Position numbers and translations under genes: made by a program | Part shown: piece after piece, positions 9,098 through 17,644 of the stretch | Layout of the letters: each line of letters starts with the position of its first letter | How positions within the stretch are numbered: position 1 is the stretch's first letter | Notes under the pieces: generated by a model | Databases searched by the model: none | Seen by the model: the letters and a program-made list of their open reading frames with translations, nothing else | What the model was told of the DNA's origin: nothing | NCBI RefSeq assembly: GCF_035285525.1 | Contig: NZ_JAYKGW010000013.1 | Location: 3,387 to 35,386, forward strand | Reading direction: 5' to 3' | Origin: Okeania sp. | GTDB lineage: Bacteria; Cyanobacteriota; Cyanobacteriia; Cyanobacteriales; Microcoleaceae | DNA: 32,000 bases

Positions 9098-10954
9098 ATG
9101 AAACCCATAATAAAAGATTCAGAACGTTTAGAAAATCGACTTAAAGAAATTCCCCAAACTCCGGGAGTTTATCTAATGCGTGATAGTAGCGATCGCATCC
9201 TTTATATCGGCAAATCTAAAAAACTAAGAAATCGGGTTCGTTCCTATTTTCGAGAAAGTAAAAACCATAATTATCGTATCAATTTAATGGTACAAAAAAT
9301 TGTAGAAATTGAATTTATTGTCACAGATACGGAAGCTGAAGCTTTAGCATTAGAAGCTAATCTAATTAAACAACATCAACCACATTTTAATGTCTTACTT
9401 AAAGATGATAAAAAATACCCTTATCTTTGCATAACTTGGTCAGAAAATTATCCCAGAATTTTTATTACCAGAAAACGTAGATTAAGTAAAGCTAAAGACC
9501 GTTATTATGGTCCTTATGTTGATACTAGACTTTTGAGAAATACTCTACATTTAGTTAAACGAATTTTTCCTCTACGTCAAAGACCAAAACCTTTATTTAA
9601 AGACCGTCCTTGTCTAAATTATGATATTGGTCGCTGTCCGGGAGTTTGTCAAAAATTAATTACTCCAGAAGAATATCATAAAATTGTGCAAAAAGTGGCA
9701 ATGGTTTTTCAAGGTAGAACTGGAGAATTAATTGATATTTTGAATACTCAAATGGCAAAAGAATCTGAATCTCTAAATTTTGAAGCAGCAGCAATGATTC
9801 GCGACCAAATTAAAGATTTAGATTCTCTCAATGCTGACCAAAAAGTTTCTTTACCAAACGACCAAATTTCTAGAGATGCAATAGCTTTAGCTGGAAATAA
9901 TCAAATTTCTTGTGTACAAATATTCCAGATTAGGGCAGGAAAATTAGTCGGTAGATTAGGATTTATTGCCGAAACTCCTAATGTAGAAAAAATAGAGAAT
10001 GAGGAATTAGGAATGATTTTGCAGCGGGTTTTAGAATCTCATTATCAAGCATTAGATTCTGTAGAGATTCCTACAGAAATTATTGTGCAAAATGAATTAC
10101 CAGAAAGTGAATTTTTACAAAATTGGTTAACAGAAAAGAAAGGGAAAAAAGTCGATATTTTTGTACCTCAAAGACAGGTAAAAGCTGAATTAATAGAAAT
10201 GGTAAAAAAGAACGCTGAATATGAGTTGGCAAGACTAGAAAAAATGAGCGATCAAAATAATGCAGCTATGACAGATTTAGCAGAAATATTAGATTTGCCA
10301 GAGTTGCCCCATCGCATCGAAGGTTATGATATTTCTCATGTTCAAGGTTCCGATGCAGTAGCGTCGCGGGTGGTATTTATTGACGGTTTGCCAGCAAAAC
10401 AACATTATCGACATTATAAAATCAGAAATCCAGAAGTACGTTCCGGACATTCTGATGATTTTGCGAGTATGGCAGAAGTTATTGGGCGACGGTTTCGTGA
10501 CTATGAAAAACAACCGACTGTAGAGAAACCAGATTTAGTGATGATAGATGGTGGGAAAGGGCAACTTTCGGCAGTAGTAGCAGTGATGGAAGAAATGAAT
10601 ATATTTGAAGAAGTGCGGGTAGTGAGTTTGGCAAAGCAACGGGAGGAGATTTTTTTACCAAGGGAATCGTTACCTTTAAAAACTGATGCTGAACAACCGG
10701 GGGTACAGTTGTTAAGGAGGTTGCGAGATGAAGCACATCGGTTTGCCGTGAGTTTTCATCGGGATAAAAGAAGTCAGAGAATGAAGCGATCACGTTTAGA
10801 TGAAATTCCCGGTTTAGGGCAACATCGACAAAAATTGTTATTGGCGCATTTTCATTCCGTTGATTATATTAGGATGGCAACGGTGAAACAGTTGACAGAA
10901 GTATCGGGAGTCGGACCTAAGTTAGCACAGCAAATTTATGATTATTTTCATTGA
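9098..10954 (+). CDS. uvrC: Excinuclease ABC subunit C
   Basis: 618 aa. GIY-YIG N-terminus ([29 protein letters not shown]), UVR-like segment ([14 protein letters not shown]), C-terminal endonuclease domain and (HhH)2 ([16 protein letters not shown] ... [14 protein letters not shown]). Confidence 0.97.
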   Translation: MKPIIKDSERLENRLKEIPQTPGVYLMRDSSDRILYIGKSKKLRNRVRSYFRESKNHNYRINLMVQKIVEIEFIVTDTEAEALALEANLIKQHQPHFNVLLKDDKKYPYLCITWSENYPRIFITRKRRLSKAKDRYYGPYVDTRLLRNTLHLVKRIFPLRQRPKPLFKDRPCLNYDIGRCPGVCQKLITPEEYHKIVQKVAMVFQGRTGELIDILNTQMAKESESLNFEAAAMIRDQIKDLDSLNADQKVSLPNDQISRDAIALAGNNQISCVQIFQIRAGKLVGRLGFIAETPNVEKIENEELGMILQRVLESHYQALDSVEIPTEIIVQNELPESEFLQNWLTEKKGKKVDIFVPQRQVKAELIEMVKKNAEYELARLEKMSDQNNAAMTDLAEILDLPELPHRIEGYDISHVQGSDAVASRVVFIDGLPAKQHYRHYKIRNPEVRSGHSDDFASMAEVIGRRFRDYEKQPTVEKPDLVMIDGGKGQLSAVVAVMEEMNIFEEVRVVSLAKQREEIFLPRESLPLKTDAEQPGVQLLRRLRDEAHRFAVSFHRDKRSQRMKRSRLDEIPGLGQHRQKLLLAHFHSVDYIRMATVKQLTEVSGVGPKLAQQIYDYFH

Positions 10955-10957
10955 AAT

Positions 10958-10988
10958 AGGGAGTAGGGAGTGGGCAGTAGGGAGTAGG
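10958..10988. repeat. (GGGAGTA)n heptamer STRR
   Basis: gggagtagggagtgggcagtagggagtagg immediately follows the uvrC stop. The reverse form, actccctactccctac, occurs at about 2305, 14750, 20235 and 20515. Confidence 0.85.
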
Positions 10989-11025
10989 AAAGAAGAGAAA
11001 AGAATGGATGATTTATTTATCATTA

Positions 11026-11217
11026 GGACTTACGCAGACGCAACCTACTGCAGCCATGGCGCGACTCGCAGCCCAAGCGACAGCGTTTCGAGCTTCACAT
11101 AACGCGCGTTAACACTCCGCGACATGGAAAGCGCAGCATGACCTCAGGAAATGGGTCGCAGTCCGTCAGGATAGCAATCTCAAGCCAAGAAAATTGCCTT
11201 CCTCATCGCTTTAGTCC
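11026..11217. mobile_element. MITE family A copy (192 bp)
   Basis: ggacttacgcagacgc ... cgctttagtcc. It carries the core gcgacatggaaagcg at 11119..11133. Confidence 0.75.
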
Positions 11218-11232
11218 CGATCATAATTGATT

Positions 11233-11469
11233 TTATTTTTGATTATCGGAGATACAAAAAGATGGTATTAATAATTTAGTCATCTTGAGATGACTTAAGC
11301 TATTAGCCAAGGATTTGAGTCCTTGGCTTGGCTTTCCCGACTGCCACCAAGGAAATTTCAAAGCTCCCACATCTGGTGCTGCTGTCCATGCTGGTTTATC
11401 TAATGTACCATCAATAATGATGGGTGTACTTGTCTTGAAGATACTATAAGATGGTTGGCTACTTGCCAA
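11233..11469 (-). pseudogene. N-terminal stub of a carbohydrate-binding-family-9-like protein (tentative)
   Basis: 78-aa ORF. YSIFKTSTPIIIDGTLDKPAWTAAPDVGALKFPWWQSGKP resembles CBM9/DOMON-like N-termini, but the tail degenerates and stops. The expected remaining ~150 aa are absent. Confidence 0.3.
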
Positions 11470-11632
11470 TATTTTTAGGGAAAAACAAAGTATAATTGAT
11501 AGAGATCAAAGAGCAACACTAAGTATTTTTTTGTATTTTAATTTTTTCTGATATTTCATAAACAAGTGCTGTTAAATTTCGAGTTAGCGATCGCTAACCA
11601 ATTTTACACATTATACCGTTTTAAATCACCTT

Positions 11633-11648
11633 ACTATTGTACAATAGT
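11633..11648. repeat. Perfect 16-bp palindrome ACTATTGTACAATAGT, copy 1
   Basis: atcaccttACTATTGTACAATAGTttc. The flank atca.cTT is shared with copies 2 and 3. Confidence 0.9.
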
Positions 11649-11743
11649 TTCTGAAAGAAAAACACACATAATCGTTTTTTGCGTTTTCTGGTGAGTAGAC
11701 TACAAACTAGGAATCCTAAATGGTTAAGCTTTTTATATACATA

Positions 11744-11896
11744 GGACTTACGCATGAACGCTATCTGTAGGGTACGTTTTGCGTTCTGCAAAGCTCCGCT
11801 TTATATGTCGGCTCAAGCGCCGAAACGCTACGCGACATGGAAAGCGTATCTCGTAACTGAGCAAGACTCTATATATAATGCCTCCCGTGTAAGTCC
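11744..11896. mobile_element. MITE family A copy (153 bp)
   Basis: ggacttacgcatgaacgc ... cccgtgtaagtcc. It contains gcaaagctccgct (shared with the IS TIR at 29417) and the core gcgacatggaaagcg at 11832..11846. Confidence 0.75.
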
Positions 11897-11940
11897 TGAT
11901 ACAAACAAGATGCTTGTGTTACTTTGATAACTATAGTTAC

Positions 11941-11977
11941 AAGGGAACCCAGAAACTGGTTTTCTTTACCTAAGTCC
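11941..11977. mobile_element. MITE family A minimal hairpin form, reverse orientation
   Basis: The reverse complement, ggacttaggtaaagaaaaccagtttctgggttccctt, aligns with 13642..13688. Confidence 0.6.
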
Positions 11978-11978
11978 T

Positions 11979-12143
11979 CATCAGCTTACTATTGTACAAT
12001 AGTTAGAATCATAATTTCACGCCAAGAAACCTAGTTTCTGGGGTAAATCATTGTTTTTAATAATAAACATCTATGCTCATAACGGGTTTCTAGGTTCGCC
12101 ATCAGTTTACTATTGTACAATAATAGTTAGAATCATAATTTCA
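11979..12143 (+). promoter_or_regulatory. Duplicated ~41-bp block (11979..12019 and 12100..12143) holding palindrome copies 2 and 3 plus a TAGAAT -10-like hexamer; the second block ends 9 nt before the monooxygenase ATG
   Basis: catcag(c/t)ttACTATTGTACAATA(ATA)GTtagaatcataatttca occurs twice. Copy 2 is at 11988..12003. Copy 3, at 12109..12127, has a 3-nt insertion. Each block is preceded by a GAAAC..GGTTTC hairpin fragment. Confidence 0.35.
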
Positions 12144-12152
12144 AGTTAATTT

Positions 12153-13637
12153 ATGACACCAAAACAAATAGAATCATTGTTACCTGAAAACTCCAATCCC
12201 AAAATTGACTATGATGTAGCTATCGTTGGTGCAGGTCCTGTGGGATTAGCAACTGCCCTGGGTTTATATCAGCGTGGGATTAAAAATATTGTTGTCCTAG
12301 ACCAAACTCGTGCTTTCCGTAAAATAGGTCAGGGTATCGATCTTTTACCTAATGGCTTGAAAGCACTGAAATATACCCATACTCAAGCATACAAAAATAT
12401 CAAAGAAACTGGTAATAAATTCAATAATTCAACCCAACCAAACCAGGAAAACAAGGCAGAAAAAAATCAACCTGCTACAGAATGGACGACCAGAAATATC
12501 AACGGGCAAAAAATCCATTCATTTTCTGTAAAATATGATGAATGGTATCATCAGTACGGGGAAGGGAGAGTCTCAATATCTTGGTACGACTTACAAACTC
12601 AATTGAGAATACTCTTACCAGAAAAACTTGTCAAAGCTAATCATCGTTGTATTAACGTGGTTGCGGAGCCAGAATTAAAATGTGTTCGAGCAGATTTCGT
12701 TTTTAATCAGAAAACAAAAACAAATCCCTATTCCCACTGGGATGATCGACAAGAAAATGATGAAACTAGAACTGTAAGTTCTTTCATACCACCTAAATCC
12801 GAGATCGAATCTATCCGCGCTAAACTATTAATTGCAGCAGATGGAATTAATTCGACTGTGCGTCAGGTAATCTACAAAGATACTCCATACAGTGTATATA
12901 GCAAACCTGAATATACTGGTGTGGCAGCTATTCGTTGCGGGGAAGTACATAATATCCCAGAAGCACTTGCACAAAAAATTCAGGATTTATTTCTGCAAGG
13001 TTCGCGAGTAGTAACGATTCTCAATCAGCAAATAGCAGAAAATTCTACAGCAAACGAAACCCCCAGAATAATTTTATTTTCTCCTCAGTGTGGTGAATAT
13101 AGATATTTAATCCACACACCTTTATCTTTAGAGTTATTGGCAGGAAAGTCAGGAAAAGACTTAATCGATCTTGCTCTGTTGGAGTTGAAAAAAGCTGAGT
13201 TCCCAGAAATTATTCAGCAGTTAGTGGCTTTATCATCTCCAGAACAGATGATACAACGTCCGTATTATATTTACCATGCTAATGCTTTTACTCCCAACCA
13301 GCCAAAATGGAATATAGGGCGAGTTGTATTAGCGGGTGATGCAGCTCATGGAATGCCACCGTTTATGGCGCAAGGCGCTAATCAAGGTCTGGAAGATGCT
13401 GCTGTAATGACAACTATAGTGACTGAGATTAACAAAAAAAATCAGTGGGACGATCTGGTAGCAATAGAAAGAGCTTTCAGTAAATATGAGGCTTTGCGTC
13501 GCCCGTTAATGGAGTGTGTTCAAGAGGCAACTTTGACAAGGAAACCTCTTAGTTCAGAGCAGCATAGGCAGAAATATGCTCAACAAGTCTATGCTCGTAA
13601 TATTGAGGAAATTATGCAAAGATTATTTATGATATAA
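12153..13637 (+). CDS. FAD-dependent monooxygenase (UbiH/salicylate-hydroxylase fold)
   Basis: 494 aa. Motifs: VAIVGAGPVGLATALGL (GxGxxG), LIAADGINSTVR (DG motif) and VVLAGDAAHGMPPFMAQGANQGLEDA (GD motif). An Asn/Gln-rich low-complexity insert follows residue about 80. Confidence 0.85.
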   Translation: MTPKQIESLLPENSNPKIDYDVAIVGAGPVGLATALGLYQRGIKNIVVLDQTRAFRKIGQGIDLLPNGLKALKYTHTQAYKNIKETGNKFNNSTQPNQENKAEKNQPATEWTTRNINGQKIHSFSVKYDEWYHQYGEGRVSISWYDLQTQLRILLPEKLVKANHRCINVVAEPELKCVRADFVFNQKTKTNPYSHWDDRQENDETRTVSSFIPPKSEIESIRAKLLIAADGINSTVRQVIYKDTPYSVYSKPEYTGVAAIRCGEVHNIPEALAQKIQDLFLQGSRVVTILNQQIAENSTANETPRIILFSPQCGEYRYLIHTPLSLELLAGKSGKDLIDLALLELKKAEFPEIIQQLVALSSPEQMIQRPYYIYHANAFTPNQPKWNIGRVVLAGDAAHGMPPFMAQGANQGLEDAAVMTTIVTEINKKNQWDDLVAIERAFSKYEALRRPLMECVQEATLTRKPLSSEQHRQKYAQQVYARNIEEIMQRLFMI

Positions 13638-13641
13638 ATGA

Positions 13642-13688
13642 AGACTTACGAAAAGAAACCCGGTTTCTGGGTTCCCCTGGGTAAGTCC
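13642..13688. mobile_element. MITE family A minimal hairpin form, 5 nt after the monooxygenase stop
   Basis: agacttacgaaaagaaacccggtttctgggttcccctgggtaagtcc. Confidence 0.65.
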
Positions 13689-13726
13689 TGGGAATGTAAT
13701 ATTGATTTGTAAAGGAGAATAGTAGT

Positions 13727-14074
13727 ATGAAACCTAAAAATTCTATCACAGGAATTGTCAAAAATATATCAATTGGAGGAGGAAGTTCATCTGCAACTCT
13801 TGCTCCCAGACAGTCTGCTCAAGTTCTTAACAAACCATATCCCAATTTCAAAGTCATTGTTCTGGATGATGATTTCAATACATTTAAGCACGTCGCTGAA
13901 TGTCTCCAAAAATATATTCCTGGCATGACAAACGATCGAGCTTGGGAACTGACTCATCAGATTCATAATGAAGGTCTAGCGATCGTCTGGGTAGGACCTC
14001 AAGAACAAGCAGAATTGTATCATCAGCAGTTGAGTCGCGCTGGCTTAACAATGGCACCTTTGGAAAAAGCATGA
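13727..14074 (+). CDS. clpS: ATP-dependent Clp protease adaptor ClpS
   Basis: 115 aa. YPNFKVIVLDDDFNTFKHVAECLQKYIPGMTNDRAWELTHQIHNEGLAIVWVGPQEQAELYHQQL is the ClpS core. Confidence 0.9.
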   Translation: MKPKNSITGIVKNISIGGGSSSATLAPRQSAQVLNKPYPNFKVIVLDDDFNTFKHVAECLQKYIPGMTNDRAWELTHQIHNEGLAIVWVGPQEQAELYHQQLSRAGLTMAPLEKA

Positions 14075-14077
14075 AGT

Positions 14078-14252
14078 AATATCATGTCCGGTTGAATAGT
14101 TACATTTTGGAGGAAGGAAGGCAGAAGGCAGAAGCGTTGCGACCCCGCGTCGGCGACAGACGCAAGGGAAGCGCACCAAGAGAGGCAGAGGGCAGAAGGA
14201 AAAGAAAGTTTTAAAGGGAAAAAGTTTTTTATCACTGATTATTTTGATATTA
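14078..14252. mobile_element. MITE family B copy with an extra GC-rich ~45-nt insert
   Basis: aatatcatgtccggttgaatagtta ... gggaaaaagttttttatcactgattattttgatatt. The insert cgttgcgaccccgcgtcggcgacagacgcaagggaagcgcacc is flanked by ggcagaag repeats. Confidence 0.65.
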
Positions 14253-14255
14253 ATC

Positions 14256-14286
14256 TGCAGGGACGTTGCATAAGGACGTCCCTACA
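14256..14286. mobile_element. MITE family C minimal hairpin
   Basis: gcagggacgttgcataaggacgtccctacag. Confidence 0.55.
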
Positions 14287-14289
14287 GCC

Positions 14290-14771
14290 TCCTCTTGACT
14301 CTTAACTACTCTTTATATCAAATCCGCTTGTTTTGGAGAATAAGGTTTACCATCAGCAAAGAGCGAAAAATCCTAGTTTGTAGAGGGTACGGTTCCCGAA
14401 AAATTGGAGACCAAACCCCTACGATTTTGATATTACTCTGTAGGGACGTATCGCTGCGCGACATGGAAAGCGGAGCATTCCGGAACGGAAAACGCATTTT
14501 TGTTATGCAACGTCCCTACTGCCTTGGTGAAAAGACTTCCATAAGCAAACCCTAATTAGGATTTGCTGAATAAATATGAAAGCATTTACATATAAAGCTT
14601 TTAGCAATTTTATGTCGGAAAAAAGTACCAGCTTTTAGGTCAAAAAGGTACAAAAAGTTAGCAGAAAAAGTTTAGCAGGACAGAAAAATCAAGAGAGAAT
14701 TCTTACTTCTACTTCCTCTATAACTTTTATTCCTGCTGACTCTTAACTACTCCCTACTCCCTACTCCCTAA
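14290..14771. mobile_element. Two adjacent family P MITE copies (approximate bounds), the first carrying a nested family C MITE
   Basis: aaaagacttccataagcaaaccctaa|ttaggatttgctgaataaatatgaaagc junction at about 14556. The second copy ends in the actccctactccctactcccta STRR, 1 nt from the purN stop codon. Confidence 0.6.
14440..14519. mobile_element. MITE family C copy carrying the GCGACATGGAAAGCG core
   Basis: gtagggacgtatcgctgcgcgacatggaaagcgg ... ttatgcaacgtccctac. Confidence 0.65.
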
Positions 14772-15428
14772 TTATTGATTTTTTGATGCAGCAAGAGCAA
14801 TAGCACCGACAATAATTTTATGTTCTTGAACTTGGATTCTTTCGTGGAGAGTTTCTGCTGTATCATCAGGTAAAATTGGAACAGCAGCTTGCATTAAAAT
14901 CTGACCATTATCTACTTCTACATCTACTAAATGTACCGTACAACCAGTTATTTTTACTCCAGCATTTAAAGCTTGTTCAACTCCTTTTATCCCTTTGAAA
15001 CTAGGCAATAAACTAGGATGAATATTAATAATTTGATTGGGAAAAGCATCTATTAAAACTTTAGTAACAATTCGCATCCAACCAGCCATAATTACCCACT
15101 CTACATCATATTCTTGTAAAGTTTTAACGATTTTACTATCAAATTCTTCTCTATTTTTAGATTTTCGATGATTTAACAATACCGATGGAACACCCCACTT
15201 TTCAGCTCGGAATACAACTTTAGCATCAGGATTGTTATAAATCATTACCTGAATTTGAGCATTTAATTTTTGATTATTTATTGCTTCTGCAATAGCCTCA
15301 AAATTACTGCCACTACCAGAAGCTAAAATTCCCAATTTTAGAGGGAAATTTTGTGAAAAATTACTGTCAGGAATAGCTGGAGAAATTAGACAAGAATTAA
15401 CATTAGGTGTTGAAATTTGAGTTGTCAT
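14772..15428 (-). CDS. purN: Phosphoribosylglycinamide formyltransferase
   Basis: 218 aa. KLGILASGSGSNFEAI ... WVIMAGWMRI ... INIHPSLLPSFKG ... GCTVHLVDVEVDNGQIL. Confidence 0.95.
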   Translation of the reverse strand: MTTQISTPNVNSCLISPAIPDSNFSQNFPLKLGILASGSGSNFEAIAEAINNQKLNAQIQVMIYNNPDAKVVFRAEKWGVPSVLLNHRKSKNREEFDSKIVKTLQEYDVEWVIMAGWMRIVTKVLIDAFPNQIINIHPSLLPSFKGIKGVEQALNAGVKITGCTVHLVDVEVDNGQILMQAAVPILPDDTAETLHERIQVQEHKIIVGAIALAASKNQ

Positions 15429-15522
15429 TTTTTTTCAAATAGATTTTCACATTTTATCATAAGGGTAAGGCAAGAAAGAAGAAAGAAGAAAGAAGCTTTA
15501 AGAGAAGAAAAAATCTTAATCA

Positions 15523-15652
15523 GGACTTACGCAAAGGTGCTATATATAGTATTTCGGTGCGTTACGAAGTGAGCTTTTCATGTCGCCCAGCGTTTCATAT
15601 CGGCTCAAGCGCCGAAAACACAACCTAATAATAGCGTTCATGGCTTTAGTCC
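15523..15652. mobile_element. MITE family A copy (130 bp)
   Basis: ggacttacgcaaaggtgctatatatag ... ggctttagtcc. Its first ~27 nt match the TIR of the IS at 29417. It carries a reverse-orientation core variant, gcttttcatgtcgc, at 15574..15587. Confidence 0.75.
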
Positions 15653-15700
15653 TGTTAATATGGCGGTAGATATTTCTTGCAAAGAAACCGGGTTTCTGGG

Positions 15701-15940
15701 TCATGGCATTTGAATCTTTCTTTCCTTTCTGCCTTCCTTAAAATTGTTATAAATCATTAGTTGAATTTGAGCATTTAATTTTTGATTATTTATTGCTTCT
15801 GCAATAACTTCAAAATTACTTCCATTACCAGAAGCTAAAATCCCCAATTTTAAAGGATAATGTTGTGGTAAATTATTCTCATAAATAGCTGGATAAATTA
15901 GACAATAACTAACATTATGTGTGGGAATTTCAGTTGTCAT
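15701..15940 (-). pseudogene. Diverged duplicate of the first ~65 codons of purN
   Basis: MTTEIPTHNVSYCLIYPAIYENNLPQHYPLKLGILASGNGSNFEVIAEAINNQKLNAQIQLMIYNN aligns with purN MTTQISTPNVNSCLISPAIPDSNFSQNFPLKLGILASGSGSNFEAIAEAINNQKLNAQIQVMIYNN. It then runs into family B repeat sequence (FKEGRKERK) and stops. The upstream gtcattttttt.caaa is also duplicated. Confidence 0.85.
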
Positions 15941-15990
15941 TTTTTTCAAAAGAAAGAAGTTGCTATAGGTTGGAAAAACCTTACCAAACA

Positions 15991-16155
15991 ATTAATAATT
16001 AATAGTTAATAATTAATAATCAAGAGTTTATAGTCAATAATTATTCATTCAACAATTTACGCCTGGAAGCCCGACCAAGGATTGGGGAGAAATACAAAAT
16101 TTTCCTTTTAGTCAATTCCCTTCTTTTAAGAAGGGGTAATTATTAATTATTAATT
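15991..16155. mobile_element. Family E repeat (16026..16137, reverse orientation) flanked by AATAATT heptamer tracts
   Basis: Its reverse complement aligns with 2137..2248 (ccccttcttaaaagaaggg.attgactaa ... gcttccagg.gt.aattgttgaatgaataattattgacta). Confidence 0.7.
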
Positions 16156-16262
16156 TTTCATTGTTAATTGCTGAAAGAAGGTAGATATTTCCCAACTTTT
16201 TACGCAAACGATATCCCCCACGGATATGATATCACACATCATTTAGGTTGACTTTCTTTTCT

Positions 16263-17213
16263 ATAGAACCTCTAAAGGTATCTTTAAAAATTTAGGCGAT
16301 CGCTAATCTCCTAAGCATCAGTCGAATAAAACAAAGATTAATCTTGGCTGTGACGTGTTCAAGAGTTCTCTCAAAATTTTTGCTCAAGCTTTTACATCTT
16401 TCCATCCAAGAGTTAGTTCTTTCTACCACCCCAAGCTCTCACTGGAACCAATCCTGTTTTTTCCAGATTCTCTTTCTCCACTTTTGATGGCTTGGGGGAG
16501 AGTTGAAACCGAATCTTAGTCATAATCCCTGGATAAATTTTCTGTAACTCCTGTATGATTTTTTCGCTCTTGGTATCCATTGTCAAGTCAAATCGTAATT
16601 TTAGGAATATTGACTGGTTTAGATTTAAAGTAATCAATATTGTCGGATAACATTTCAATTAATCCGACATCATCGGATATTGATGCTTTAGTGCAATCAG
16701 TAAAAAAAGGAAAACCTAGACTATCTACTGCGATATGCCTCTTAATTCCATTATTTGCCTTGTAAAAACAGAATCCTTTGGACTCTACACGCTTCATTGC
16801 AAGTATTTTTCACTGCTTGTGAATCAATGATGATTAAACTTGTCCATTTGGCTTTTTTTTGACTTTTTGGCGTACTTGAGCGTGTAAAACATCTCTAATA
16901 TTCTCAATTACTCCTTGAGAGCGCCACTGTTTGTAATGCCAAAAAACTGTGGAGTAATGGGGTAAGTCCTTAGGCAAATCACACCAATTACAACCATTCT
17001 TAAGTTGGCAGAGGATACCATCAAGTATTTGCCTTTTAGTCCATTTTGTTGGACAAGTCTTCTTCTTTTTTGGTATGGGATGGTTCAATCAGAACCCATT
17101 CTTTATCTGTCAAACTGCTTGAATATCCCATTTACCCAAATCTTGGTTGTCATAAATGGCGATCGCTACTTAAGTATAACCAATTCCTGAAAAGATACCC
17201 TTAGGGGTTCTAT
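16263..17213 (-). mobile_element. IS5-family (IS427-like) insertion sequence, about 951 bp, inactive
   Basis: Imperfect terminal inverted repeats: atagaacctctaaaggtatcttt (16263..) and aaagatacccttaggggttctat (..17213). The internal transposase is broken. Confidence 0.85.
16292..17131 (-). pseudogene. IS5/IS427-group DDE transposase with several frameshifts
   Basis: Pieces read MGYSSSLTDKEWVLIEP / PKKKKTCPTKWTKRQILDGILCQLKNGCNWCDLPKDLPHYSTVFWHYKQWR / WTSLIIIDSQAVKNT / VESKGFCFYKANNGIKRHIAVDSLGFPFF / IIQELQKIYPGIMTKIRF / VVERTNSWMERCKSLSKNFERTL. They fall in at least four different frames. Confidence 0.85.
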
Positions 17214-17415
17214 GAGCAAAACCTACTTACAGCGCTTCCCGTTGTCCGTGAGGTATATCTATCGCCGACAAGATTCCCGCACTACAATAATTTTACAATT
17301 CAAACGTGTACCTTATTTCTCTTGGTCTATTAGATATGGCGTACTTCGGAGCAGGTCTGTAATATAGAATCCGGTTACAAGTGTATATGTTCATAATTCT
17401 ATCTACACTTTCTAC

Positions 17416-17458
17416 TCCCCATCCCCCCATCCCCCCATCCCCCCATCTCCCTATCCCA
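17416..17458. repeat. (CCCATCC)n heptamer STRR inside a small inverted-repeat element
   Basis: ccccatccccccatccccccatccccccatctccctatccc, bracketed by atatagaatccggtta / taaccggatttgatat. Confidence 0.8.
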
Positions 17459-17644
17459 ACTATATAACAATTATTTAACCGGATTTGATATAAGAGCAGG
17501 TTTCCTCGCCATCCCATCCTTCCGGAGACTCCGCTTTTCATGTCGTGCAACGAAACGACCGCTGCCCGAAATATACTGTAAATACCTGAAATTTAGATAC
17601 ACAACAAAGTGATTTTTCAAATTACTCTCTAAATCCTTCAGCCT

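Noticed and set aside
10289-10793. Minus-strand ORFs 10289..10513 and 10479..10793
   Set aside because: They are antisense shadows within uvrC.
11633-12127. NtcA site (GTA-N8-TAC) or cyanobacterial LexA box (RGTACNNNDGTWCB), considered for the ACTATTGTACAATAGT palindrome
   Set aside because: There is no GTA-N8-TAC spacing. The best LexA-type alignment (TGTACAATAGTTAG) misses two consensus positions. The similarity is too weak to name a regulator.
13884-14235. Minus-strand ORFs 13884..14072 and 14023..14235
   Set aside because: The first is antisense to clpS. The second is read out of the family B MITE at 14078..14252.
14295-14555. ORF 14295..14555, and similarly 17293..17550, 18839..19024 and 26532..26774
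   Set aside because: Each lies entirely within MITE or STRR sequence that recurs elsewhere in the window in both orientations. None has an RBS or a recognisable domain.
17005-17190. Plus-strand ORF inside the IS5-like element
   Set aside because: It is antisense to the transposase remnants and does not match any known IS5 accessory gene.
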